The notes under the pieces: generated by a model | What the model was told of the DNA's origin: nothing | What the model saw: the letters and a program-made list of their open reading frames with translations, nothing else | The model's database searches: none | In this document: in pieces, positions 57,393-64,000 of the stretch | Layout: the number at the start of each line of letters is the position of its first letter | Numbering within the stretch: position 1 is the first letter of the stretch | Translations under genes and position numbers: made by a program | Virus record (IMG/VR): IMGVR_UViG_3300021197_001602 | Location: 15,636 to 79,635 of that record | Strand: one strand, 5' to 3' | Source: a virus | Length of the DNA stretch: 64,000 nt

Positions 57393-58420
57393 GACAAATA
57401 GAAAAAATGGCTCGAAAGCGTCTTGTTGAGCAAGCGCCGTCAAGATTGCTTCCCCCGTATAAAGGCGAAGGCTTTTGGAAATCCTTGAAGGGTTGGATGG
57501 AGCTAGCTTACAATGTTGTTGTAAGAAACTCTTGGTATAATTCACATAGATTCTTTTCGGACTTGCTGCCAGCAGATATTAAATTTGAAGACCTTAAAGA
57601 AGGCAACCCAGTTGCAGCAGTATTTATTACTTCGGGCAAGCAAGCGGTGATGGCTATCTCTGATGAGAAAGATAACAAGTTTCAGGTGCCGCTTGAGGCA
57701 GGTGAGATACCAGTTTATTTTAAAGGCATGGCGCATGATGTTGCCAGAGCCTCGTCTTCTATTCCTTTTCTTATGTCACGCCACCCAATTGAAGTGGAGG
57801 GTGTGAGCGTATACCCAACTGATGGTGCAACTTACCGTGGTTTGCCGAGTCAGTTTATGCGTCATAAATATAGATTATCGTTGAGCACACACGCTCCGCC
57901 TGTTGAAAATATTAAACGAGCAAAGCCCGAACTTACGGGTTGGTGGCTCGTTGGGGTTCCGTTCCAAGGTATTGGCACCATCATGACAATGCTTGAAGGT
58001 ATTACGACAAAGGATGAAGCTTCCTTTCGCATCTTTGGTGATGGTATTGAAGATACATGCGAGATAAGTCATACACTTCTCTGTGGTAACTTTCGAAAAC
58101 AAAATAATATTGATGTTTCATGGTTGAATGTTGGAGGTCACACGCCAGAAGTTGTTGGAAAGCTATTCGACTTTGGTGTCAGCGAAGCTGATAAGTTTTG
58201 GGCATCCAACTTTAAGCATCAAGAAGGCATCCTTGAGCACGGTCTTGCAGTTTGCATGACTGGTGGTGGTGGCGATGGGTATGTGCAGTGCGGGTTCATG
58301 GCAAGGTTGCGAGACTTGATTGGCAAACCTTTTGCTGCAACCGCTGGCGTGTCGGCAGGGGCTATCAACGCAGTGTTCTTTGCTTGGCTTGAAACCGAAA
58401 TTAATAAAGAAAAAACTTAA
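57389..58420 (+). CDS. Patatin-like phospholipase, circularly permuted
   Basis: ASSSIP (aa121) and DGA (aa145) precede GGGGDG (aa292) and GVSAG (aa320). Confidence 0.7.
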   Translation: MRQIEKMARKRLVEQAPSRLLPPYKGEGFWKSLKGWMELAYNVVVRNSWYNSHRFFSDLLPADIKFEDLKEGNPVAAVFITSGKQAVMAISDEKDNKFQVPLEAGEIPVYFKGMAHDVARASSSIPFLMSRHPIEVEGVSVYPTDGATYRGLPSQFMRHKYRLSLSTHAPPVENIKRAKPELTGWWLVGVPFQGIGTIMTMLEGITTKDEASFRIFGDGIEDTCEISHTLLCGNFRKQNNIDVSWLNVGGHTPEVVGKLFDFGVSEADKFWASNFKHQEGILEHGLAVCMTGGGGDGYVQCGFMARLRDLIGKPFAATAGVSAGAINAVFFAWLETEINKEKT

Positions 58421-58427
58421 AAAACAC

Positions 58428-58456
58428 TTGACATCTATCTCAATATTTGGTATAAA
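58428..58456 (+). promoter_or_regulatory. sigma70-type promoter
   Basis: TTGACA-17-TATAAA with TG extension. Confidence 0.75.
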
Positions 58457-58492
58457 ATACCTGCGGGGCGGTTAAGCCCTTTGGAGATAGAG

Positions 58493-58681
58493 ATGCTTGT
58501 TGTTGGTTCCAAAGTTAGTCATCGCTTTCACCCTCTTTACCGCAATGTTGGTGAGGTCATCAGCCTTAAGGGTCATATGTTTGAGGGTGAACAGATGGTC
58601 GTTGTAAATTGGGGAGAAAGCAAACAGTATGTGTATCCCATCCAGCACCACTACGCCGAAGCTCTTCGGCTGGAGGCTTGA
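58493..58681 (+). CDS. SH3/KOW-like microprotein
   Basis: LVVGSKV...VGEVI...VVVNW...EALRL. Confidence 0.55.
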   Translation: MLVVGSKVSHRFHPLYRNVGEVISLKGHMFEGEQMVVVNWGESKQYVYPIQHHYAEALRLEA

Positions 58682-58683
58682 GA

Positions 58684-58911
58684 ATGAGCGATTTCAATAT
58701 GTTCTACGGTGAGCGTGTCAAGTATAAAGGCAAGCATCCTCTCTTGAAAGACCAAGAGGGCAAAGTTGTCGGTGGCGATGAACACAACTTCGTCGTCAAG
58801 TGGGATAACCTTGAGGTCTTGAGAGAACACAGTGCTTACGACTGCTTGTGGCTTCAGATTGATAGGGGTGAGCCAGGAAAGAAGTGGCTTCAATTGAATT
58901 CGGAGGGTTGA
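58684..58911 (+). CDS. SH3/KOW-like microprotein
   Basis: YGERVKY...EGKVVG...FVVKW. Confidence 0.55.
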   Translation: MSDFNMFYGERVKYKGKHPLLKDQEGKVVGGDEHNFVVKWDNLEVLREHSAYDCLWLQIDRGEPGKKWLQLNSEG

Positions 58912-59024
58912 GATGTTTTATAAAGTTGTGATGTACGAGTGTTACGATGGCAAGGTGAGGCTTGGCTATAAAGCAGAAGCCCCAGAGGAGCCACGAAAGG
59001 ACAAGATTAAAAAGGACAAGGCTC

Positions 59025-59228
59025 ATGGCGGAAAATAATATAAAGGTCGGAGCCCTTGTTCGCTCCAAGATAACAAAGTCGTCATACGATAAGCTTGGCG
59101 TTGTTGTGAGCACATTCTCTGTTGCCAACAATGATAGTTCACCATTTTATATTATCAACTGGCAAGACGGCTCTAAGATAACGGCACCCCAGTCGTATTT
59201 TTATAATGCAGTAGAGGTGCTGGCGTGA
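59025..59228 (+). CDS. SH3/KOW-like microprotein
   Basis: IKVGALV...LGVVV...YIINW...AVEVLA. Confidence 0.55.
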   Translation: MAENNIKVGALVRSKITKSSYDKLGVVVSTFSVANNDSSPFYIINWQDGSKITAPQSYFYNAVEVLA

Positions 59229-59449
59229 AGTTTAAAGCAGGGGACTTGGTTCGGGCAAATGAAAACCACCAAGCCCACGGCGATGCTGGCTGGCAGGAAC
59301 AATACAATGTTGGCATTGTAATCGCAGCCAACATTGCTATGTGGGATAAGAGAACAGCGCCCGAAGGCGTCGAAGTATATTGGCAAGGGCTGCAAGATGT
59401 CGAGACTGTTTTCTCTGATGAAATTGAATTAATTAAAGAAAAAGCTTGA
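59225..59449 (+). CDS. SH3/KOW-like microprotein
   Basis: FKAGDLV...VGIVI...VEVYW...EIELI. Confidence 0.6.
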   Translation: MKFKAGDLVRANENHQAHGDAGWQEQYNVGIVIAANIAMWDKRTAPEGVEVYWQGLQDVETVFSDEIELIKEKA

Positions 59450-59474
59450 CAAACCCTCTCGCATTTGGTATATT
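59446..59474 (+). promoter_or_regulatory. sigma70-type promoter driving sRNA
   Basis: TTGACA-17-TATATT with TG extension; predicted +1 near 59481. Confidence 0.8.
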
Positions 59475-59480
59475 ATAGAA

Positions 59481-59580
59481 GTGATGGGGGCAGTGAGTCC
59501 CGTGCGTGACGAAAGCAGGAAGGCTGCGAAGTCTCTTGATTCTAGCGACGAAAGCGTTACAGACTCACCACCCCCATCAC
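59481..59580 (+). ncRNA. Structured 100-nt small RNA or 5' leader, unknown class
   Basis: Perfect 10-bp terminal stem GTGATGGGGG/CCCCCATCAC; inner 7-bp GTGAGTC/GACTCAC; two internal hairpins; starts at predicted TSS. Confidence 0.7.
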
Positions 59581-59601
59581 ACTAATTTATAGAGGTATGC
59601 G

Positions 59602-59823
59602 ATGAGTCAGAAACAAATAAAAATTAAAGCAAGCAAAGTCGCCTGCCGACGAACAAAAAATAGAATCCGTGAACATGGGCACGACTTTGTTCTTGTGCGT
59701 CAAAGCGGAACAGAGGTGCTGCTGCGGGCTATCAGTCGCAACGCTTCGAATGGTCTTGGCGGTAAAGAGCACTGGTTTGGGTGGCTGCCTATTGCAGAAG
59801 TAGAAGTCATCTCAGAAAATTAA
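59602..59823 (+). CDS. Hypothetical protein
   Basis: GAGG RBS; RTKNRIREHG...WFGWLP. Confidence 0.6.
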   Translation: MSQKQIKIKASKVACRRTKNRIREHGHDFVLVRQSGTEVLLRAISRNASNGLGGKEHWFGWLPIAEVEVISEN

Positions 59824-59838
59824 TAACAAAGGGATATT

Positions 59839-60009
59839 ATGCAACGACCACTTAATGTTGGCTCTATGGTTATTCATCTAGACTGTCCCACGCTCAAAGG
59901 CGTAAAGGGAAAGGTTGTCGGCGCTTATAGACAACGAACTCGACTGCTGGTCAAGTGGGAGAACGGCGTGGTCAGAGAACACTGCTACAAGGCACTGGGT
60001 CGATGCTAA
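59839..60009 (+). CDS. SH3/KOW-like microprotein (56 aa, not in track)
   Basis: LNVGSMV...KGKVVG...LLVKW. Confidence 0.55.
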   Translation: MQRPLNVGSMVIHLDCPTLKGVKGKVVGAYRQRTRLLVKWENGVVREHCYKALGRC

Positions 60010-60036
60010 AAAGTTTAAACTATTTTCAGAAAACGC

Positions 60037-60065
60037 TTGACTTTCCCTCTCGATTATGGGATACT
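60037..60065 (+). promoter_or_regulatory. sigma70-type promoter upstream of microprotein array
   Basis: TTGACT-17-GATACT with TG extension. Confidence 0.55.
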
Positions 60066-60096
60066 GTATATGTGGTTGGGAGTTAAGGAGAAAGTT

Positions 60097-60300
60097 ATGA
60101 AAGTTGGAAATCTAGTTCAGTGGGTTGAAAATCAACCAGGGTTCCCAAAGCGTCAGGGTGTTATCACTCATACATTTTGCTTTCCAGGCGGTGAGCGGGC
60201 AGGGCAGGTTGCGAGTCATCGTGTTCACTGGGTAAGCAAGCACACGGGCAAGATGGTGTGCAACACTTTCCGCCCCAGTGAACTGACGGTGCTCGCATGA
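60097..60300 (+). CDS. SH3/KOW-like microprotein, array leader gene
   Basis: RBS AAGGAG; MKVGNLV...QGVIT...VHW...SELTVLA. Confidence 0.65.
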   Translation: MKVGNLVQWVENQPGFPKRQGVITHTFCFPGGERAGQVASHRVHWVSKHTGKMVCNTFRPSELTVLA

Positions 60301-60500
60301 GCATTGGTGATTTGGTCAAGCTGCCAAACGGTCGGTTCTGGTGGAACGGAAGAGCGGGTATCATTTCCGAAACTCGCAATAGCCAGTTCATGGATTGCAT
60401 GGGCAACTGGACTACAAAGAGAGAATGCAGGGTAGACTTCGGTGACGGATTTATCTGGTATCACTCAGAAAATATGGAGTTGCTAAATGCAGGTCGGTGA
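60297..60500 (+). CDS. SH3/KOW-like microprotein, array unit 1
   Basis: MSIGDLV...AGII...MELLNAGR. Confidence 0.7.
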   Translation: MSIGDLVKLPNGRFWWNGRAGIISETRNSQFMDCMGNWTTKRECRVDFGDGFIWYHSENMELLNAGR

Positions 60501-60672
60501 TTTAGTTAAAACAATCGAGGGCTGGACAGCAATAGGCTATTGCGGTGTTGTGATTGGCATGGAGGCTTCCTCCAGCCACGCCCATGTTCTTCTAACCAAG
60601 GCAACAACCTTGGGAGAGAAGACCCACTGGTTCCCAGTTCAAAAATTAGAGGTGATTAATGCAGGTCGGTGA
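60487..60672 (+). CDS. SH3/KOW-like microprotein, unit 2
   Basis: MQVGDLV...LEVINAGR. Confidence 0.7.
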   Translation: MQVGDLVKTIEGWTAIGYCGVVIGMEASSSHAHVLLTKATTLGEKTHWFPVQKLEVINAGR

Positions 60673-60838
60673 TTTGGTAAAGGTTGAAACAAAGCATGAG
60701 GGCAAGGTGCTCGGCATCATTACGGAGCAACACTTCAGTCCACTTGGCAGAGAGTGGTATGTGATGAGGCTCGACAGCCAGCGTTACACGCTTGCTCAAT
60801 CCTGTGATATTGAGGTGGTCTCCAGTGCAAGTCGGTGA
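60659..60838 (+). CDS. SH3/KOW-like microprotein, unit 3 (59 aa, not in track)
   Basis: MQVGDLVKVETKHEGKVLGII...IEVVSSASR. Confidence 0.7.
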   Translation: MQVGDLVKVETKHEGKVLGIITEQHFSPLGREWYVMRLDSQRYTLAQSCDIEVVSSASR

Positions 60839-61013
60839 TTTGATTAAACATAAGCATGGAGTGATGCTGGGCAGCGGTGTTGTCCTTGCAGTCAGTCCGC
60901 CAGATAGAATGACAAATCACGAAAGAGCAGACACTCTGTGGACTTCCCACGGTCGCACCAGAAAGGTGACAGTAACGACTATGTTTATGGAGGTGGTCAG
61001 TGCAGGTCGGTGA
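60825..61013 (+). CDS. SH3/KOW-like microprotein, unit 4
   Basis: GTG start; MQVGDLI...MEVVSAGR. Confidence 0.7.
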   Translation: MQVGDLIKHKHGVMLGSGVVLAVSPPDRMTNHERADTLWTSHGRTRKVTVTTMFMEVVSAGR

Positions 61014-61188
61014 TTTAGTAAGAAATAAAAACTTAGTTCCCGAGAACCAAGAAGTTGGTATCATTTTAAGATGGCACACTTTCGACCCTGAGACGAACCC
61101 CTATACATGTCCGATTGTTAAATGGATAGGCGGCACAACAGGTTCGATTCAGGAGAGTATTTTGGAGGTAGTCAGTGAAAGTCGGTGA
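61000..61188 (+). CDS. SH3/KOW-like microprotein, unit 5
   Basis: MQVGDLV...LEVVSESR. Confidence 0.7.
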   Translation: MQVGDLVRNKNLVPENQEVGIILRWHTFDPETNPYTCPIVKWIGGTTGSIQESILEVVSESR

Positions 61189-61357
61189 TTTGGTAATAAT
61201 GCCTGGGTCGATTGAACCAGTCACAGGTATTGTTTTGAGAAAGAAATCAGACGACGAAAAGCATGGGCTTGGTCGTATTGAAGTGTATTGGGTTGAGGAC
61301 GCAGAAGCGTCATGGGAGCCAAAGAAATGGTTGAAGGTAATCAGTGAAAGTCGGTGA
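61175..61357 (+). CDS. SH3/KOW-like microprotein, unit 6
   Basis: MKVGDLV...LKVISESR. Confidence 0.7.
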   Translation: MKVGDLVIMPGSIEPVTGIVLRKKSDDEKHGLGRIEVYWVEDAEASWEPKKWLKVISESR

Positions 61358-61556
61358 TTTAGTAAAGTTTGTGGCACCCGCAGTCTTTTCGGGAGCAGAA
61401 CGAGAATACGCCAAGTCGGGGATAGTGACTGAGATTTCTGAATCGACTTGGCTTGGAAAAACGCAACCAAGTGCTGCGAAGGTCTACTGGTCCGACGGTC
61501 GGCAGACGAGGGAGCATTTTTGTTATCTTGAAAGGCTCAAAAATGAAAGTCGGTGA
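61344..61556 (+). CDS. SH3/KOW-like microprotein, unit 7
   Basis: MKVGDLV...LERLKNESR. Confidence 0.7.
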   Translation: MKVGDLVKFVAPAVFSGAEREYAKSGIVTEISESTWLGKTQPSAAKVYWSDGRQTREHFCYLERLKNESR

Positions 61557-61740
61557 TTTAGTGAGGCTTCCAGCGGGGACCAGTCGACATTGGGACTTGA
61601 GTTCCCCGATTGGTCTTTTGGTGGAGAAGCTCCCGAGAGAAGATAAGCTGGAGTATGACTGGAAAGTCCTCGTTGATGGACAGTACATTGAATTCGGTAG
61701 GCAGATTGAAGAAAGCTCGACGCTGGTAAGCCATGCGTGA
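61543..61740 (+). CDS. SH3/KOW-like microprotein, unit 8
   Basis: MKVGDLV...IGLLVE...WKVLV. Confidence 0.7.
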   Translation: MKVGDLVRLPAGTSRHWDLSSPIGLLVEKLPREDKLEYDWKVLVDGQYIEFGRQIEESSTLVSHA

Positions 61741-61849
61741 TTTACTGCGAGAGCTTTTTCATCCAGACTCGCAGCTTTGGTGGTGGGTGCTGGGCTTCGG
61801 CGTGACAATGTGGTTTCACGCTCAGTTTTTTAGGAAGGATGAAGAATGA
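61733..61849 (+). CDS. 38-aa single-TM peptide (not in track)
   Basis: MRDLLRELFHPDSQLWWWVLGFGVTMWF...; overlaps both neighbours. Confidence 0.5.
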   Translation: MRDLLRELFHPDSQLWWWVLGFGVTMWFHAQFFRKDEE

Positions 61850-62040
61850 AAATCGGTGATTTAGTTAAACCTAATTATAAAACAGATGCAGTCGCCATAG
61901 TTCTCACGACTCCAGCAGTCGTGGACGGCTTCGGAGAAGACGCAGTAGTCAGCCTTAAATGGGTTGGTCGATGGGCAAACCAACAAGAAGATTATTATTC
62001 TACTCGATATCTTGAGGTGGTGTCCAGTGCAAAGCGTTGA
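61846..62040 (+). CDS. SH3/KOW-like microprotein, unit 9
   Basis: MKIGDLV...LKW...LEVVSSAKR. Confidence 0.7.
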   Translation: MKIGDLVKPNYKTDAVAIVLTTPAVVDGFGEDAVVSLKWVGRWANQQEDYYSTRYLEVVSSAKR

Positions 62041-62230
62041 CCTTCACGGCATCAAACACGCCCATGTATCTGATATTATTATTGAATGTTGCATGACATA
62101 CGACATTCCTTTCATTGTTATAACTGGGCAGTCGCCCGAAATGAAAAGAATTGTTCAGCGAGTGGCGAATGATTATAATTTAAAAGTTCGAGATTCTGTT
62201 AACAACCCAGGTAGGGTTGTGGTAGGATAG
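62027..62230 (+). CDS. Stand-alone Smr-domain-like protein
   Basis: VDLHG...IVITG...NPGRVVV; GTG start. Confidence 0.65.
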   Translation: MQSVDLHGIKHAHVSDIIIECCMTYDIPFIVITGQSPEMKRIVQRVANDYNLKVRDSVNNPGRVVVG

Positions 62231-62237
62231 GCGAAAG

Positions 62238-62654
62238 ATAAAACAAGGGAGTAGTAGAATTTACTTCATCAAGGAGAAAACTATGTTTAAGAAAAATTCT
62301 ATTATTATTGCCTCAATTGTATTTGGTGCATCGTTTGCCTGTGCTCAAGAAAAAGTGAACACAGATAATGCAGCGGATGCTCAAGTACAGACTGAGGTGG
62401 AAAATACTACTACGACCGCAACAACTCCAGCAGTAGAGACGACAGTCACAACTGATGGAAAGAAGAAGGATGTCAAGAAGGTTGACACAAAGACCTCGAA
62501 GACGGCAGCTACTGCCACGACCAACAGCAACACAGCAACGACGACTGAGGCAGACGCCTCAAGCGGAAACACTGTGAACACTGAAGAGACTGGTACCACA
62601 ACAACTAACGGTCAAAGTACCGATAACTAAGTAAATGCTGCTCCCTTGTTTTAT
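62238..62654. repeat. Inverted repeat pair flanking lipoprotein gene
   Basis: 62238-62266 pairs with 62629-62654 over about 26 bp, with two G-U and a 3-nt bulge. Confidence 0.75.
62283..62630 (+). CDS. Thr-rich low-complexity lipoprotein/secreted protein
   Basis: RBS AAGGAG; signal ending SFAC; poly-Thr tracts. Confidence 0.65.
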   Translation: MFKKNSIIIASIVFGASFACAQEKVNTDNAADAQVQTEVENTTTTATTPAVETTVTTDGKKKDVKKVDTKTSKTAATATTNSNTATTTEADASSGNTVNTEETGTTTTNGQSTDN

Positions 62655-62681
62655 TTTTTGTTTTTATGTTTGGAAGAATAG

Positions 62682-62867
62682 ATGAAAGTCGGTGATTTGG
62701 TTCAAATTCAGAAGTGGTGCAAGAACAAAGGTGCCCTCGCTGTCGTAGTCGCTGTGCCACCGTGGGCAAATGAAGTTTCCATCAGATATCTGGACCCAGC
62801 ACAGGCAGCAGGCGGCGGCGGAAGAGCTATGACCGACAATTTAATTTTATTGAGTGAGGGTGTATGA
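62682..62867 (+). CDS. SH3/KOW-like microprotein
   Basis: MKVGDLV; retains GTCGGTGATTT core at 62688. Confidence 0.65.
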   Translation: MKVGDLVQIQKWCKNKGALAVVVAVPPWANEVSIRYLDPAQAAGGGGRAMTDNLILLSEGV

Positions 62868-63574
62868 AAAGTATTGACCTATATGGTGATGGTATTGGCG
62901 AGGTGGGGTATGTCTCGCACATGGGAACTGACCTGACTGTTGTGAACTCAGCAAGAGTGTCGTTCGGTGTCGAAAAAGAGAATCTTGACTTGCAAGATGT
63001 CAAGTTGATTAAGTATTTAATTCGACACAAGCACACCAGCACTCTTGAGCACAATTTAATTACATTTCGCTTTAAGGTGCCGCTGTTTATCAGAAGTCAG
63101 CACCATCGGCATCGAACTTGGAGTTATAATGAAATCTCCAGGCGTTATACTGATGTCGGTATTGAATTTTATGAGCCTGAAGGCTTCCGCACACAACACA
63201 AAAGCAATCGTCAAGCTAGCAGCGATGAGATTATCAACCCATCTCTTGGCGGCGCAAAGAAATCTCTATTGCCAGTCAACTTGAGGACGGCAGTAGATTC
63301 GGTTCGTGAGCACAACAGTACCTCGCTCTGCCTTTTCAATCAACTGATTGAGGCTGGCGTCTGTCGAGAGCAGGCAAGAGGTGTGCTGCCACAGAACCTT
63401 TACACTGAATATTATGGTACGACCAATTTAAATAATTTAATGAAGTTTATCAGCTTGCGCTTGCACGACGGCGCTCAGTGGGAAATCCAACAGGTGGCGA
63501 AAGCCTGCTTGGCAATCGCAAAAGATTTATTTCCAGTGACCGTAGAAGCTTACGAAGAGATAAATAATTTTTAA
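62864..63574 (+). CDS. thyX: Flavin-dependent thymidylate synthase
   Basis: NSARVS; HTSTLEH; RHRTWSYNEISRRY; EQARGVLP; AQWEI. Confidence 0.95.
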   Translation: MKSIDLYGDGIGEVGYVSHMGTDLTVVNSARVSFGVEKENLDLQDVKLIKYLIRHKHTSTLEHNLITFRFKVPLFIRSQHHRHRTWSYNEISRRYTDVGIEFYEPEGFRTQHKSNRQASSDEIINPSLGGAKKSLLPVNLRTAVDSVREHNSTSLCLFNQLIEAGVCREQARGVLPQNLYTEYYGTTNLNNLMKFISLRLHDGAQWEIQQVAKACLAIAKDLFPVTVEAYEEINNF

Positions 63575-63583
63575 GGAGAAGGT

Positions 63584-63730
63584 ATGAGAGTCGGCAGTCT
63601 TGTCCAGTATATGAGCAGAGTTGTGTTGGTCACAAAGGTTGGCAGCGTGTGGATACACGGCATCGAGCTTGGTGAGGACTATGTTAGCAAATATAAAATC
63701 AGCGCACTCAGCGGAGTAATAAGCGAATGA
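63584..63730 (+). CDS. SH3/KOW-like microprotein (48 aa, not in track)
   Basis: RBS AAGGAG; MRVGSLVQY...VISE. Confidence 0.5.
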   Translation: MRVGSLVQYMSRVVLVTKVGSVWIHGIELGEDYVSKYKISALSGVISE

Positions 63731-63942
63731 AGATTGGCGACTTGGTGATTCGCATAGTGCGACTTCCCCATCAAAATAACATGGATTTGTCTGCACAGAT
63801 ATCCAGAGACTCGCTTGGACCAGGGATTGTTTTATCGAAGCGAATGATGGGCAATCCCGAGCACCCGTGTATTGAGGTTTACTATCCGAAGAAAGGCATC
63901 AGGACGATGATTGCTGAGTCCCTGATGGAGGTGATTTCATGA
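63727..63942 (+). CDS. SH3/KOW-like microprotein
   Basis: MKIGDLV...GIVL...IEVYY...MEVIS. Confidence 0.65.
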   Translation: MKIGDLVIRIVRLPHQNNMDLSAQISRDSLGPGIVLSKRMMGNPEHPCIEVYYPKKGIRTMIAESLMEVIS

Positions 63943-64000
63943 CAATCATTGCGAAGATTGTTGTTTTGCTGGCTATACTTGTCATGCTAATTCTTGGGGG
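63939..64000 (+). CDS. Membrane protein N-terminus, truncated by window edge
   Basis: GGAGG RBS, ATGA overlap, hydrophobic MTIIAKIVVFLAILV. Confidence 0.4.
   Translation, partial: MTIIAKIVVLLAILVMLILG

Larger units (their letters stand above)
60476..61563 (+). repeat. Periodic junction repeat array
   Basis: Core GTCGGTGATTT at 60493, 60665, 60831, 61006, 61181, 61350, 61549 (spacing 166-199); approximate consensus GAGGTRRTCAGTGMARGTCGGTGATTTRGT. Confidence 0.9.

Noticed and set aside
59490-59535. Hammerhead ribozyme (TGAGTCC...GACGAAA resembles stem II)
   Set aside because: CTGANGA core and NUH cleavage triplet are absent; GTGAGTC pairs better with GACTCAC
60476-61563. CRISPR array
   Set aside because: Spacers are about 140-170 bp open reading frames, repeats are degenerate and non-palindromic, and no cas genes are present
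60297-62040. Diversity-generating retroelement or classical integron
   Set aside because: No reverse transcriptase or tyrosine integrase in the window, no adenine-specific TR/VR pair, no attC-like palindromes
1-64000. Minus-strand and nested ORFs from the track (e.g. 581-1546, 10358-10882, 61359-61808)
   Set aside because: They shadow well-supported plus-strand genes and lack recognisable motifs
1-64000. Stop-codon reassignment, tRNAs, introns or inteins
   Set aside because: Conserved genes are full length under the standard code with all three stops used; no cloverleaf or splicing motifs seen by eye

Overview
64 kb of a large tailed dsDNA phage genome (myovirus-like, probably jumbo class). 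Essentially all credible genes are on the + strand and use the standard genetic code. Left end (1-7 kb): end of a tape-measure-like gene and baseplate/tail genes. 7-33 kb: replication, nucleotide and proteostasis module (compact PolA-family polymerase, tubulin/FtsZ-like protein, gp32-like SSB, SlyD-like PPIase, RecA/UvsX, Zn deaminase, 5'-3' exonuclease, DnaB-like helicase, class II RNR, GroES, SLT, DnaE, dUTPase, IMPDH/GMPR, ClpP, GroEL). 33-64 kb: accessory region with sigma70-type early promoters, a Mom-like gene, proteins sharing an N-terminal MKxLxxxWR(K/R)(Y/F)L tag, a Cys-rich vWA lipoprotein of the kind common in Myxococcota (host hint, inferred), a PilX-like pilin, TK and ThyX. Most notable: (1) an array of about 60-aa SH3/KOW-like microprotein genes joined by a conserved DNA junction with an invariant 14-nt overlap, resembling a repeat-spacer cassette array with protein-coding spacers; (2) a circularly permuted patatin; (3) three covarying pseudoknot-like intergenic repeats between SSB and RecA; (4) a promoter-driven 100-nt structured RNA; (5) a candidate late promoter motif ACTATTTA. 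All family calls come from motif recognition by eye; no searches were run, so novelty is untested.
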